NCBI RefSeq assembly: GCF_018977255.1
Contig: NW_024704742.1
Coordinates: forward strand, 44,270,001 to 44,334,000
Length of the DNA stretch: 64,000 nt
Source: Callorhinchus milii
Lineage: Eukaryota
Direction of reading: 5' to 3'
Within the stretch, counting starts at the first letter, position 1. Each line of letters starts with the position of its first letter. The notes under the pieces are model-generated. The model made no database searches. It was not told the DNA's origin and worked only from the letters and a program-made list of their open reading frames with translations. Below are positions 42,391 through 56,600 of the stretch, one piece after another. The translations under genes and the position numbers were made by a program.

Positions 42391-42596
42391 ACAGTGGTTT
42401 GGTAGTGACAATCACTGACTACAGTGGGATGGTCTGGGAGTGACACTGACTGACTACAGTGGGTTGGTCTGGGAGTGACACTGACTGACTACAATGGGAT
42501 GGTTTGGGAGTGTCACTGACTGACTACAGTGGGTTGGTCTGGGAGTGACACTGACTGACTACAATGGGATGGTTTGGGAGTGTCACTGACTGACTA
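42391..42596. repeat. 35-bp minisatellite, 5 copies plus one degenerate copy
   Basis: Unit ACA(G/A)TGGG(A/T)TGGT(C/T)TGGGAGTG(A/T)CACTGACTGACT starts at 42421, 42456, 42491, 42526, 42561. Confidence 0.95.
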
Positions 42597-43324
42597 GGGC
42601 CTGAAGTCATCAGAGACCATTGAAGCTACCAGACAGGGTGAGTGTTTAATTCCAAACCTGCCAATAATGATGGACAGCATTGGATGACACTTGGTGATGT
42701 CACACTTTGTCACCAATTCTCACACTATATAATGCACTGAACGCGATGATGTACACTGTTGTGCGGAGGTGCTGTAAAATCACATAATTTATGGTGGAAT
42801 ATCTGATGTGCTCGACCACGATTTATTATTGTATTTATCATGTTGCACACTCAAGCATAGAAGTACATTGGAAGGTAGAATCCAAGGGGATTTGTGCCAT
42901 TTTCAACAATTTGAAATATTTTCTCGGTATTTTTCCACCTAGTGGGCTGGTACTCTGGCAGCCCAGAACTTGAGTGACAGTATAGGGGCAGAAAAGATGA
43001 GTACATAAACAATTGGAATATTTATCCAACTCTACATAACGCTGTCATCCTGCCACCACATAAACTCTAGCTTTGAGTTCCGTACTGTGCAAGATCAAAG
43101 TTGGTATCAGCATTAGTCCAGGCACCAGTAAATGTCCGCCCACTTTATCCACATGTTTTCTTTTTTTTAATGTTCAGGTGAGCTGAAATTTGAAGCAATT
43201 TTGATTCTTAGACTTTGATTCCAACTGGTTTCAATGTCATAAAAGTTGCTGTAGTTTCTCACAATGAAATGAATGTAAACATGAAGATTCACAGTGAAAC
43301 TAAATTGCTCAGATATTTTAATAA

Positions 43325-43693
43325 TATAACAATAATAATCGTTGCATTTGATATAGTGCCATATCACGTATTCGAGACGTCTCAAAGTGCTTCACAGAAT
43401 ATACTGTAAAGTGAATTGACTGTATATTTTGTGGGTGAATCGCGGCATTCAATTGTGCACAGCAGTTTCCCACAAACAGTCGTGGATGGAGTGACCAAAT
43501 TACTTTTATTTTTTTTCAAGGAATTATTATCACTGGAAAAGTGATCCGTGAATTGACTTAACGATCGGGTTCCTACTTACTGCTAGGTAAACTGATGTGT
43601 GTGGATTAAGGAAACTTTCGCCCTACCCGAGAATCAAACCTAGGTCCTTTCGCTTGCAAGGCGAGTGCTCTAACCACTAAGCTACAGGACTCC
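43325..43693 (-). mobile_element. full-length SINE family A
   Basis: Collinear with 16481-16827. Confidence 0.92.
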
Positions 43694-46624
43694 ACTCCAA
43701 TGTGATTTTTTNCTGATGTCTGCTGCATCTACTTTGGACATGTTGCTGAATAAAGGGTCAGTCAGTATTCTACAATGTGACTTTTGCCTTTACAATACAA
43801 TACAAAATGAGGTTTGTATATTGCCTTTCATGTTGGGTGGATGTCCCTTTAAAGTGTATACAGAGCGTAATTGTTCAATGGAATAAGTTAAACAAGAATC
43901 TAAATGTTAGGAATTTAATATAATGAAAAGTAACAAAAAGATAGATACTTTTAGCAATCAACAATTTTCTTAATTTCCGGGAAACTTTTCTGGATCACAT
44001 TCCTACGAATTAATGTCTTGTTTATTGTTCTTAGGTCACTTAAGAGTTTGACTGAGATGGTAGCCTCTGGGGTCGGAAGGTTAAGGGTTTTAACCCAACT
44101 GCAGGACTTGAACTCATAATCTAAACTAACACTCTAATTGCAGTGCAGACGGCAATGCTGTTTAGTAGACGTTTTTGTTCGGATGAGATGCTTGTTCTAG
44201 GAGATGTTGAAAGAAAATCTCACGGCACTATTTTGAAGAAAGCGGAGATCTCTCAGTATTCTTGTCAAATATTCTCCCCTTATCTGAACTCACCAAAAAA
44301 CACATTAATCAGTCAGTCATCTCAAAATGTGTGGTATGTTGCCAGCACAGATTGATCACAATTGTCTACTTAATGAGTCCCTGACCTTCACAGTTGAGGT
44401 GCTTTGAGGCATTTTGATCTGTTACATTTTTATAATACCTTGTACGTAAGATACTGCAAAGCCCTTAACAGTAATTCCGGTCAAGTGTGTTAAGATATTT
44501 TTCGATGGAAAATTTTGAGTATAGCAAATTCCCCACAAACAGTCAGGCGATCAATTAATCTGGAAGTTTGTTGACCAGAGCACTGGGAGGAACACCCTTT
44601 TCAAAAAAAAAAGTATACGGTGGGGAAATAAATCCTTCAGTTATGCTTAAAAAAGTCATTATTTAAAATTTCAGTGAAGAACAAAGGTAATAGTTTGGAA
44701 TCTTCCATTCTTTTAACAACAAATTCCTCTCCAATGCTTCATGCATTGAACATGTTTATGTTGCTCTTAAAGTATCCACTGTGAAGAAAACAGGGTAGCA
44801 CATGTTGATTCCCCACCTTCAAATCCCGCCTAAAGACCTTCCTTTTTGATCGTGCTTACGGTCACCTTCCCTCCCCCCCCCTTCCCTCCCCCTGGCTTGG
44901 TGTCAGACTCCACCACTGTCAAGGGCTCCGGGATGTTACCCCAGGTGAAGGGTGCCATATAAATGCACGTTGTTGTTGATTCTGTGTGTTTTCCTGTCTT
45001 CGTTTCAACACCTGCCTAACCCAGCTGAGATCTGGAACTTACAGTCAAAGAAATAGTTGAGAAGAACCCACATCCCATCGCTCAATGGTGCCACACATCA
45101 GTGCACTAACAGTAATAGATTTTAAAAAAAAAACAATTTTAGGGAACACAGATGTAGTTAAAAGCAAAAAAAAAAGTCTTTACAACATCCAGCTTTCTCC
45201 TTTTGACGATTGGTTTCTTGCTGAGCAGTAGCAGCAGGTACAGAAAGCACTTTGCTTTTACACCATGAGAATACTCTGTAGCCCTCGATTCCTATTTCAC
45301 AAGTGTACATTTGATGCCCAACAGTCGCACTGAGTGAACTAATTCAGGTAGCGGTTTTGAACTGTACACAGTTTAGTAACGTGCGAGATTGGATAATGGA
45401 ACAGTGTATCTAGCACTGCAGTTGTACATTGATTTATTATATATTATGTATACAGTTACGTTTTTACACAGTACATTTTAAACCTATTCCTTTATTACTT
45501 GTTCTTAAGGTAGTCTGCCCATTAATCATTAGAGCTTTATATATTTTGGTGTGTTTCCTATTCATGGTTGAAGAAGGAGAGTGCTCAGCTCTTTTCTATT
45601 CTCTTCACCCCCCCCACCACCCCACCTCCGAACTCAGTTAACCTACAGTAATGGAATCACACGGTTACTGGGTCGCGTCTGTGCCAGCAGACTTTATGTA
45701 GCTCTTTTATCATGAAAAGCACTATAAGATGCAAATTGATTATTCTTCATTATTTGCAGTAAATTCTGTGAAGCACTTTGAGATGAACTGACAATGAACT
45801 TTATTGTTTTAAATGCAAGGATTATTCTTTATTTACCAAGTACTGTGCAGACTTAGAGTTGGAGGGTTAAGCGCTAAAATAAATGAAGATATAGTTGTCT
45901 GTACCAAAGTACTGTAGGGGGACTTCTGCAAGATATTATGAACTACAATACTGAAAACTGGAAAATACCTAATGTAATTCCAATTAAAATTCTGCACGAT
46001 GTTCTCAGGAATTATGGACCAACCACTTGGCTAATTAGCTTAATAACTGTAAAGGAAGACTAATGAAATCTATTATGAAGGAAGTCATTTAAGAGTAGGA
46101 GCAATTTAGGAAGAAGGGTAATAGAATTAATGCAGGTTCACATAAAGCAGGTTATGCTTGTCAAAGTTGAAATGATTTGAGGATGTAACTCAGTTAGTGA
46201 AGGAAGTTAAGATAGCTGATCTATATCCTGATTTTTTGAACCTACTCGATGAAGTTCAGTTATGTGACGTTTATATCTATGAGATCATGGAAGAAGTCAT
46301 AAATTGAAACATTTTGTTCTCTGGATGAAATGTCAAGCTGATCTCCCATCTACTTGTTCAGGTGGACATTAAAGTCCAAAGGCATTACTTCAGAGGATCA
46401 GAGTTTTCTGGGTGCCTTGGCAAATATTGTTGCCTGTATTTGACAAGAGGACAATAGTCACTGATATTCAAAAATAAACTTGTGCAAAGTGGAACTTTCA
46501 ATGTGATATTGTACTAAATCAAGTAAGTATTGTAAAGGGTGGAATGCTCTGCCCCAGAATGCTGTAAATGTTGAATCAATAGGGGTGTTTAAAAAAGAGA
46601 TAGACAGATACATAAGTACTGGAG

Positions 46625-47010
46625 ATGTATTGGGGTGAGCTGGGTGTCTGACACATGCAGAAACCCATCACCGAGCTTAAGAGTATCCAAACCAAACTGA
46701 GAGTTCCATGCATCCAACCTATACATGGCAATTCCCGAGATATTCATTAGAATGGAATGCACATTTTCTCCCTGAAGGGACTCATCCTGCTTACCTATTT
46801 GTGGAGAATATTGGGCGAAGGTTGGCAAGAGCCAGGGCTTGGGGACCCTGAGTTTTGGGATACTGCTGGAGTCTAACCAGCTAAAACCGCACAACTTGCC
46901 ATTGATATTGCTGTCTGGCAAGTTTTCCCATTGCTTGTCCAGCTAGGACCACCCTACTCTTTGGCTTGTAGGGTTAACGGGAGCTGAGTGGGATCACTCC
47001 CTTCCCCCAG
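46625..47010 (+). repeat. unclassified interspersed repeat (also ~4130-4460 and ~40580-40930)
   Basis: Shared blocks AAGAGTATCCAAA, GAATGGAATG, TCCTGCTTACCTA, GGTTGGCAA.AGCCA, GGCTTGGGGAC, CTAAAAC, CTGAGT. Confidence 0.75.
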
Positions 47011-49954
47011 TGACAGGTCTGCCCTTCCAGGTTCTGCCAATGAGCCAGCTGGCTGTGCTGTCATCGACAGTGCCCTCTAACACTGCAGACCTACCCAGCT
47101 CAGAAATCGTACTATCCAGATCGCAACTGAGATTTGGCTCGAGATTCCATTGCCACACATGTCACCTGGAGCCAGTTCAACTTCAAGACAACACCACTTA
47201 TTTTCCTCCAAGGAGGATAGGATAAATGCCATGATCTAATGAAGTAGTGGAGTTGGCACGATGGGCTGAATGGGCTGCTCTATTTGAATAAAAGACAAAT
47301 ATGTATTCATACTCACTGTTCACTCTAATCAACTACCTTCTGCTTGAAACACATCCCCCACCTTTCAGCAGCGAGAAAACTATCTTTACTCATTCACAGT
47401 TAATTATCTCAGCTTTTACTTATATAATGTTCCATTCAATTTCCAACCAGATTTGTATCCACCTCTTAATGGAAGAAGTTAATCAGTTCAGCCAGATCCA
47501 TTATTAGGGATGTGAATCTCCCTGAAATTTAATCTTCGGTCCTACAATTTCACTTGTTATTTTTCTCCAAAGCCTCACCAAGTGCATCAAAATCCTTTTG
47601 AAATTTCAGTGCTCAAAACTGCATATTGTATTCCAAGTGCATCTATTTAGTGATCTATACCAGATTAGAATAACGTGGTTGGACTTAGAGTCACATATTC
47701 TTGAGATGGATCTTTGCATTTGTTAATCAGAGCTTCAAACTGACCGGAAACTTTAGTGTCATGCTCTGCTGTTTCCATTTTTTTCAGAGTTTATTTCATC
47801 TGGCACAATAAAGATAGGGCATTGGAAGCGAAGCTGACAAAAGGAGACCTTTTGCATGCTAATTATTCTTACCCAGAGTTGAAATGGCGAACAAGCTTTA
47901 ATGATCTAATTTGTGACCACTGCATTAGTGAGTCATTTAAAATTCAGTTAAATTAATCGCTACGTACTGTGCTAATGCCAACATTGCTGCTGGCAATCTT
48001 TTAAAAAATATTTGGCCCCTGAAACCCAACGTAAGAACCATGCTCCCTGCTGCCATCAGTATATGATGTTTCCATTCACCCCTGCTAATTATGAGCATCT
48101 CAGGCCTGAGATTGTGAAATCCTTTGTGCCTTGTGTACGTTATCTCTGTGCTGCAAACTCATGAATACTTTGAACTAGATTAAAACTACAGGAACTCATT
48201 TCACTCCTGACAGCCAACGGAGGAATAAGCTTTTCACTTGTTTCTCAAAGGTGCATCTCGAAAGGAGTCTCTAGAGATGAAAGGACAGCGGTTCCAAATA
48301 CTCTAATGGACTACACCTTTCATTCCTGAATACATATATTTTTAAAATGGAGTGTTCTTCTATTCAATTTCAGTTTTACCTTCCAGAAATTTTCAGCTCA
48401 GGGATATCTTGCAGCACTTTCAATCTGTCTGTCAAAATGCTCATCAATGGACACTTTCTCATTTCAATAACTTCAAGAATACCTTTTCTTATCAAACTGT
48501 GTGATGTTTCAGAAACCTGACGAGCTGAAGGGCAGGCAAGCAACTTAAGTATTGCTTTTCAACCTAGCCGGAGGTTCGCGGGTTAAAATCCCATTTCTGT
48601 TATCTCGACACAGATGGTTTTGTCAGTGTTCAGATGGCTTGCTGGATGCAGTGATGTGCGGAAGCAGACAGTTTCATTGTGAGGAGCAATGGAAAACGCT
48701 AACATTGCTCTCGTTGTCCCATTTTAGTTGGTGTCCGAAGGTCTAAATAAAGGCATTGAAACTCAAGACTGCCTGTCCCCCTTCCCACTGCGGGGGTAAC
48801 AAAAGACATGTTTCATAACAAATTCAATGTCACATCAAATCATTTTTGAAACCTTGCATTTTCACTACACTGTGAAAGAAGAGAGGACAAGAGGTTTTCT
48901 AACTGTCTATGAACTCAATAACTTAGAAACATCTGTTATTTTAGAAAAAAGAAAATTACACAGGATAGCTTCTAATAAGCTTCTTGCTATATTTTTATAA
49001 AGACAAGTTCACCTACAAATAGTTACTACCCTTTACAGCAATTCCCTGTGAAGCACTTTGAGGTGTTATTGGCTTTTTATGAAATAAAAGGATTATTTTA
49101 TATTTTATTAGTGTTTTAGAAGCTGAGAATGCACAGATCTATGCAACATAAACCACAAGGTCACTGATCATTAATTTACTATGGAAGTAACCGTTTTATT
49201 TGAAATCTTGCTTTCATTAATTTGGTCAAACATTTGCTCCCAGATTCTTGGTTTCTTTAAAAAATTAGATTCCTGTAACCCAGTCATGTACAGACATGAA
49301 ATTGTTCATCTTAGTTTAAAAATGACAATGGTATTTATATAGCATCCTTCACGTGGGGTAGAGTCTTGCAGCTCTGAACATGACATGAGATGTAAGCCAA
49401 ACATCATGGTTTAAGTACATTTGAATTAGACGCTGTATTGTTTTATTCATGCTGTGGTGAGATACCTATTGAATACTGTCTAGAAGGTGCATCCTAACAT
49501 TTGCCCATTCGTAGTTTGAAGTTGACCTCAGCTACATGATGCTGGGTGAAAATATTATAAAAGGCATTTTATAGCTAGATAGCAGTCAGAGGAAGGCGGG
49601 GGGGGTGGCGGCATTAGGAGCATGTGGGAATAGGCTGAGACAATGTCTTAGAGCTCAGACAAAGGAGAAAGAACCAGAATACTGTTCTGTAGCTTCACAC
49701 TGCAGCACATCACACTAAGCAGCAGATAATAGAATTATAACAAATGCAAATAGATATTGAGCAGTAATTATAACACTAAAACTACACTATTAACCATACA
49801 ACCTAAATTTGAATATGCTTTTCTCAGCTGGGGATAGAAATTTCACCTCGTTCTAGATGGGTTGTATGACCTTCTGTTCTGTATGATTCTCAAGTCTTTT
49901 TTTGTTTTAAAAAAACAGAAGCTATGTACAGCACGTCACTGAAATTTCACTTTC

Positions 49955-49972
49955 TACCTCTAGATGGCAGAA
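49955..49972 (+). promoter_or_regulatory. candidate CTCF site
   Basis: CCTCTAGATGGCAG. Confidence 0.35.
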
Positions 49973-50289
49973 ATACACAATAATTGGAGGGGGAAATATC
50001 AGACATTTAACATTCAGGATTATATAGCTGGGATCGACTTCATTATTCTCAGCAAGATGGTGCACTTTGCAAATCACAGATGCATTGTGACTTTGACGTG
50101 ATTTCTTTCTCAGCAAAGCTCTCACAGACAGTGCTGGGAAGATTCTGAATGAAGCTGATATCTTTCCCTGTGAAAGGGGAAGATGCACACAGCTATTTGG
50201 GGGACAGCAGTGTATTCCACCAGTTCAGGCGGGCACTCTGAGGTTCAATGCTGTGAAGATAAGACAATAATGATTAATAATGATGACAA

Positions 50290-50660
50290 TGATCCTCTCA
50301 CTCGTCTACAAATCTCACTACCTTTCTGACCTGCTTTCTTCCCACTTCACAATCCGCTGGCTCTGCTCAGCTGGCTCTGGCCTTCTACTTGTCCCTCATC
50401 CCCTCCGCTCCACCATCAGTGGATCAGCTTTCACCCACTACGACCCAAAGCTTTGGAGCTCCCCCCCACCCCCAATTTCTCCACCTTGCCCCTCCTACCC
50501 TTCTTTTAGATCTTGACTGAAGTCTTCTCTTCAACCATGCTTATGGGCACCTCCTCCCTCCCCCTGGCTTGTCGTCAGGCTCCTACAATGTTAAGCGCTC
50601 TGAGACACTGCTTTTCGTGAAGGGCGCTATGCAAATAAATGCAAGTTACAGTTGCAGTTA
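50290..50660 (+). mobile_element. L2 3' fragment (shorter ones at ~44810-44978 +, ~52310-52480 -, ~63660-63945 +)
   Basis: YLSDLL..SAFTHYDPKLWS; GAAGGGCGCTAT tail. Confidence 0.8.
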
Positions 50661-53600
50661 ATGCTTTAGACTGGATTATTGCAAAACTCTTGTGTATGTG
50701 TGGGCCCCCAAAAGAATCTTGCAAGATATGATTAATTCTACTTGATTTATAGATCTCACTAGAAGTTATTCTAAAAATAAGTAAGAATCCTTTAGGAATT
50801 AGGAGTGCATATTGTCTGCAAATATTGCTCTTCACCTGGCTAGAACAAACAGCAATGGAAAGCTTTTTGTGGAACATACTGTGTTCACCTACAAATACAC
50901 AGTCACTACATTCTGCAGTAAAATCATATGAAGCTTATCGAGACACCTGTGATAAGGTGCTATACGAAGTACAGGGATTATTATGATTATGCAGTTGCTT
51001 GAGCCAGAGAAAGCTTCCCATCTTGACATAATTCATATTTAGAATTCTCGGCGAGTAACTATGTAAATAAATTCATGACTGCAGGATTCCTTTTATCGGT
51101 TACTGAACAAAGCATTTTGAAGCATTTTGGGATCATCCTGAGCTCACTATGGTAGTTACATATATAATGAATTAGTTAGAGATTCTTAATAAAAACTGAA
51201 TGGAACGATTTGCTTCAGAAACATTGGACTATAGCCTTACTTTGAAATAAATCCCTCTTTGCCTGAAGGCGTGCAGAGCAGTGCTGCATGTTTAAAAAGC
51301 ACCCTGCCTACTGGTCAGGAAGCTGTTCAATTTGCAGGGCTATCAAACCTAATACAGAATAAAATACACAATAAAATACAAGTAAAAATGTATTATAGCT
51401 TGCACTTATTTCAATTGGACCTATTTGGTTTCCTACACTGTAATCAATGATATATATTTCAGAGAATGCAATAACCCGAGGGATTGTGTCTCTCTGCATG
51501 CTAACTACTGCTGCTGTTGCTGCATTCAAGCGATTTATCATTATGTAACTCCTTGAAGTCTCCAGTGGTAGTTCTGCTTCGCATCACTAAGTATGATAAG
51601 ACTAGCATTTTTTTACTTGGTTATTGTCAGAAATCACCAACAAAATGGTCTTAGTGCTCTGTGTTCTGCTCAAAATATTCATCTTCCTTTGTGACACTGA
51701 ACTAAAATTCAGTGCTGTTCAGATAAAACATCTCCCAAACCCTGCAAGCTGCTATGTTTGTTACAGAATGATGTTCATTAATTTTATGCAGCAGAAATTT
51801 AGAAGCCCAATACATAAAATGTTCCTAATAAACCACTTAGTGAGTTTAAATCAAACTGTGGTTATTTATTTGTGGAAAAACACACAGTCTCTGAACAAAT
51901 CAGTGATAACCTATTCTGTGACATCAGTTGCTGTTTTGCACATTTAACAGAAACAATAAATTCAACTCAAAAGATGTTTTTCAATAATAATCCTCACCAC
52001 TTCTTTCTCTCTCTAAGGTTTCTCTGATTTTCTGGATGTTCTGGTTATTTTATGCATGAGGAAAGGCCAATGTGGCATTCACATCCCAGCGACCTCTACC
52101 CCAAGAAAGCCTGACGTGCTCCCAGCAGACCTGCAAAGCATACCAAACAGCGCACTGAGTACAACAAATGCTACTTCACTGGATATCATTTATGATTTGA
52201 ATACTAATGCTTAACGTGTGTGGCTGGAAAGCACTGTAGAGCAACACAATACTTTTTTTGGCTGCTCTTTCAGTCATTGAGTGAGGAGTGTAATGTGCTT
52301 TGTACAACAAAAAAACAACAATTTGCATTGCTATGGCACCCTTCACGCAGATTAGTGTCTCGGTGTAGTTTGACACTGAGCCAAGGAGAAAAGGGAAGTG
52401 ACTGTAGGCATGGTTGAAGAGGAAGTTTTTCAGGTGTGATCTGAAGTCAGGCACAGAGAGAGCAAAGCAGAGGGAATGAGGATTATAACAAGTTAGACTG
52501 TGACACTGACATTTATCAGTAGGTTTACAATTTTATAAAGATTGCAGTTTTGAATTATAGCCTGATTTGGCAGGATTAGAGTGCAAATAAATCTAAAAAC
52601 ACACCGGGGTAAAACATTCAATATTTCATAACAGGTTCTGGTGTTGACAGCGTACAAGTTCTCACACATCACAAATTTTGCCCTAGTAGTTTTCATTTTC
52701 CAAATGTTTCTGAAATCTGAATACTCGGAATTCTAACTATAACATTTTGTTGTACTATATGGGTTCAACACTTAGGCTTGTGTATTAACTTCACATTAGT
52801 TTGGACTTGCAGAATTCAAGCTTCCTCAACCCCCTATACTGTACCAAACCAAACTTCCTGTTGTCAGTCATTCTATCCCTCTCCTCAATGACTAAACCAT
52901 GTAGAAAAAGCAGACTGGGTGATATATTACATCAAAACACTTTTCTTTAACTCAGGATTAGGGTTCATAACGGCCTGGAGACCCTGGGTGGGAGGCAAGT
53001 CTCTTCTATTTGAGGCGTAAGTAATTTTCTTAGTAATTCTAAATGAAATATATTCAGGCAGTTTAGATTGAGTTTCCAGTCTTATTCGGAGAGATCATAG
53101 TGATTGAAAGTGTGGGAAATGGAAATCGTTGAATGGTGCAATTTCATAACTTAGAATTGGCAGGATAACAGAGGGGGAATTTTGCACTGTGGCTGGCTAG
53201 TGTCATTGCTAACCTTGGCATGCTTGATGCTGACATTGCATGCAAAAAAGTGAAAGAAAACATTCTCATCTCTGCAATCCTTCATGCTGCAAAAACAAAA
53301 CCTGTGTCTGTCAACTGGCTTCTAATTCACAGGCCAGAACTACATTTAAACTGGAAAAAAGCCTTCCTTCCCACAGCACAACAACCCACATTAAATCGCA
53401 GACTTTATTTGAAGGGTTACACTAAAATATACTAAATGCCCAAGTAATCATTTTAAGCGTTCTGAGACGCTACCCTGTTGAAGGGTGCTATATAACTTCA
53501 AATTGTTGTGTGTTCATTTCAGTGCCGAGATAGTGAGCCGGTCTCACAAGAAGCTGACCCTGTAAAGTACAAACATGCGTGTTCACACATAAAATAATAA

Positions 53601-56600
53601 CATAATAATATAATCCTTGGATTTTATTTAGTGCCTTTACACATTGTTGAGGTGTTTCATCGCTTCACAAAATACAATATAATTTGACTGTATATTTTTG
53701 TGGGTGAAACGGAGCAGCCAATTGCGCACAGCAAGTCCCACAAACAGTTGTGGTTTGAGTGACCAAATTATAATAATTTTATGGAGGGATTACTACCCTT
53801 TATTATTATATAATCACGTTTGGGCAGAGGCTACTGGATAACAATCAGGAGTAGGAATATTGGCCTGATTGTCCTCTTCCTCACCCAGAGCAGTTGCAGC
53901 TAACTTCAGGAAAAACTGACTCAGCACTTCAGATGGGGTCAAACTTTGTACCTTCCTTGCATTTGATAAAGCGCCTTATCACGTCTTCAAGACGTCTCAA
54001 AGTGCTTCAGAAAATATACTGTAAAGTGAATTGACTATATTTTGTGGCCGAAACATAAGGATCAAATGTAAGAATTATGTGTAGACCTTTCCAATTGAAA
54101 AGGCTTAGAAAGTACAAATAATATACTTGAAAACACAACAGACCACGTTATAGGTCTGACTCCAGTTGAAAGGGGCCACATCTTCTCTGGCCACAAGCAT
54201 AACCAGAGTTTCTTCTACACTTTCAACAGTATCAACTCAGTGAGCTTGAAGCACACCATACAGTGAGAGGGCACTAGGTGAGTTAAGGAGAGTCAGTAAC
54301 TACTGCCTCACAATGCTAAGCCAAGAGGTGTGTCAGTGTCAAGCTCCCAACACTGTGCAATAGTTCAGATCCAAATAAAAACTCAACTACACACAATTCT
54401 TCCACCAGCTGAACACAAAGTACTGTATGTGAATTCATCAGAGGACTTTCCTCGACCTCACTTTCCTCGACTGCTGATTACAAAGATTGAAAAGAAAGTA
54501 AGTGAAACTAAAGACATGGCTCAGACAGACCGAGACGATTTGTCTCCAACAAATCATTTCAGAGTCCCCAGATGCTATTTCAATAAGCCACATTGTATGT
54601 AGTTACCTTATCAATATACCACACACCCACGGGTCTAGTAAGAGATACCTGTGGTGGTGTGTATACAATAGCATGGTTCACTGTTGATCTATGCCTGATA
54701 GACATGATTAGTTGGCAGTACACACTCTGTCTCAAGAATCAGCAATTCAGATTTATAGACATGGTGTGCCATTTGTTAAGTAAGGCTTAAGTGTAGCAAT
54801 ATTAAATGGGGCCAGACTGGGACCTGCAGATGTGCAGAGTATGAGAGCAGTACCACGATGCATCACAACAAGGATACAGGACACAGCTCTGCAGCTGACA
54901 TTTCCCAGAGAGAAAGCTCTTAATTTCTAACATTTCTAACAAAGGAGCAAAAGGAAGCCAAGTGCTCAGCCCATTATCATTGAAGCATCATAATAAGTCA
55001 CTCATTGTGTGCTTTACAACTTAATGATGTATAGAGTCACAGAGTTACTAAAGAAAGCCACAGGAGGTTTTTCAGATTGTAAGTGGTGACTGCTGTAGTT
55101 TTGGCCTTTCTGTGGTGATTCCTTTTGGGTTGACAGTAGGCTTTACCAAGTGCGTATCAGTGGAGAGTCCACCTATATCTACTTGGATATGTGACAAGAG
55201 CAATATTACATACAGTCAGCGAAGAGCCAAAGTATCATCACCTCTACTTGTAACGGTTATTCTGTTTCATTCAAGACCCTGAGTTTAGCAGTAAACAATG
55301 TTTGTGTTCTTTGGCACCAACAGAACCAACTGCATTAGTAACGTAGTAAACCTTCGAGGTCCTTCTACCTCCTATATTCTCAATTAGTTTATGTTGGTTG
55401 CTTTTTATATCATAATACATGCCTGTTCGGTTTCCCCAGGAATGTATATAAACTTTGTTTTACATGGAACTTTCTTTAACAAGTTGTCAACTGCATTAGT
55501 TTCCACAGATTACAGCTGGGATTTTCACATGTTGTGAACGATGTTCAAAACATCCACAATCATCTCAGAATCAGGTGTGACTGTTTGGATCCTCACCACT
55601 GCACAAAATGCAACCCTCACAATTGGTGACCAGAGCACTAGAAACGAGAACTCTGGGGTAACGTTTGCAATTTAAAATGTTTGAAAGTTTGTGTTAGTTT
55701 ACATAGTATAAATAGTAATCATAATAATAATCCTTGCATTTGTTATAGTGCCTTATCACGTTGGAAGGACTTCACAGGATTTACTGTAAAATGGATTGAC
55801 TGTATATTTGTAGGCAAACGCAGCAGCACAATTGTGCCCAGGAATGTCGCACAAACAGCCATGATACAAATGACCAATTTTATTTGGGGATCATTGGCCA
55901 GGACACTGGGAAGAAAAACTCCCTTCTCTTTTCAAATACTGCCAAGGGATCTTTAACGTCTGTCTGAACAGGCAGACAGGACTTTGGTTTAATGTCTCAT
56001 CCAAAAGATGATGTAACTCTTGACCATACTTTCAGTCATCTTTCCCCTCTCCATGCACCTTGGCTCCCACCCCCAACTCAGGGGCTCATGTGTATGTGAA
56101 AGTGCTTTGGCATGTCCTTCTCATATGAAAGGTGCAAGATAAATGTATATTGTCTTGCTTAAACAGTAGTTAGTGGTGCACCTTTCCAGTAAATTAACTC
56201 TTTGAATTCTTCCTCTTTCACACCACTTCACCATTGTGTGGCATTACTGATGTTAGTATAAATGCTATTGAAAATTATACTCCCTGGAATGGCTTCTGAG
56301 TTACCTTTTTGCTTAACGTTTATATCCCAGTTTTGATCTAAGGAGGGTTGGAATTTGTACTCGCTTGGCTAAATGTCAGGGGGCTGCTGACTGGTAAAAA
56401 GCTAATTTTAAAACATCTCCGGGAGATACAGCAAATAAGTTCTAAGTATTTATCCTCAGTATTATTTACAGAGAGACCAATGATTAGTTTTCAATTGGAT
56501 CCCAATTTAATTTGCTCAATAATTGTCAGCACCAGTTTCAAAGATACTTGACTTCCTTGTTTTACAAGAGCTACAGAGTATAATCAACTGCATCTCTGTA

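Noticed and set aside
42391..42596. CRISPR-like array
   Set aside because: Contiguous tandem units without unique spacers, no cas genes, vertebrate context; it is a minisatellite.
48505..48545. Hammerhead ribozyme core (GAAAC CTGACGAG)
   Set aside because: Motif order and spacing leave no room for the required stems.
54395..54505. Possible exon (ccaccag .. gtaagt) downstream of the gene
   Set aside because: Isolated, unrecognisable translation, no partner exons.
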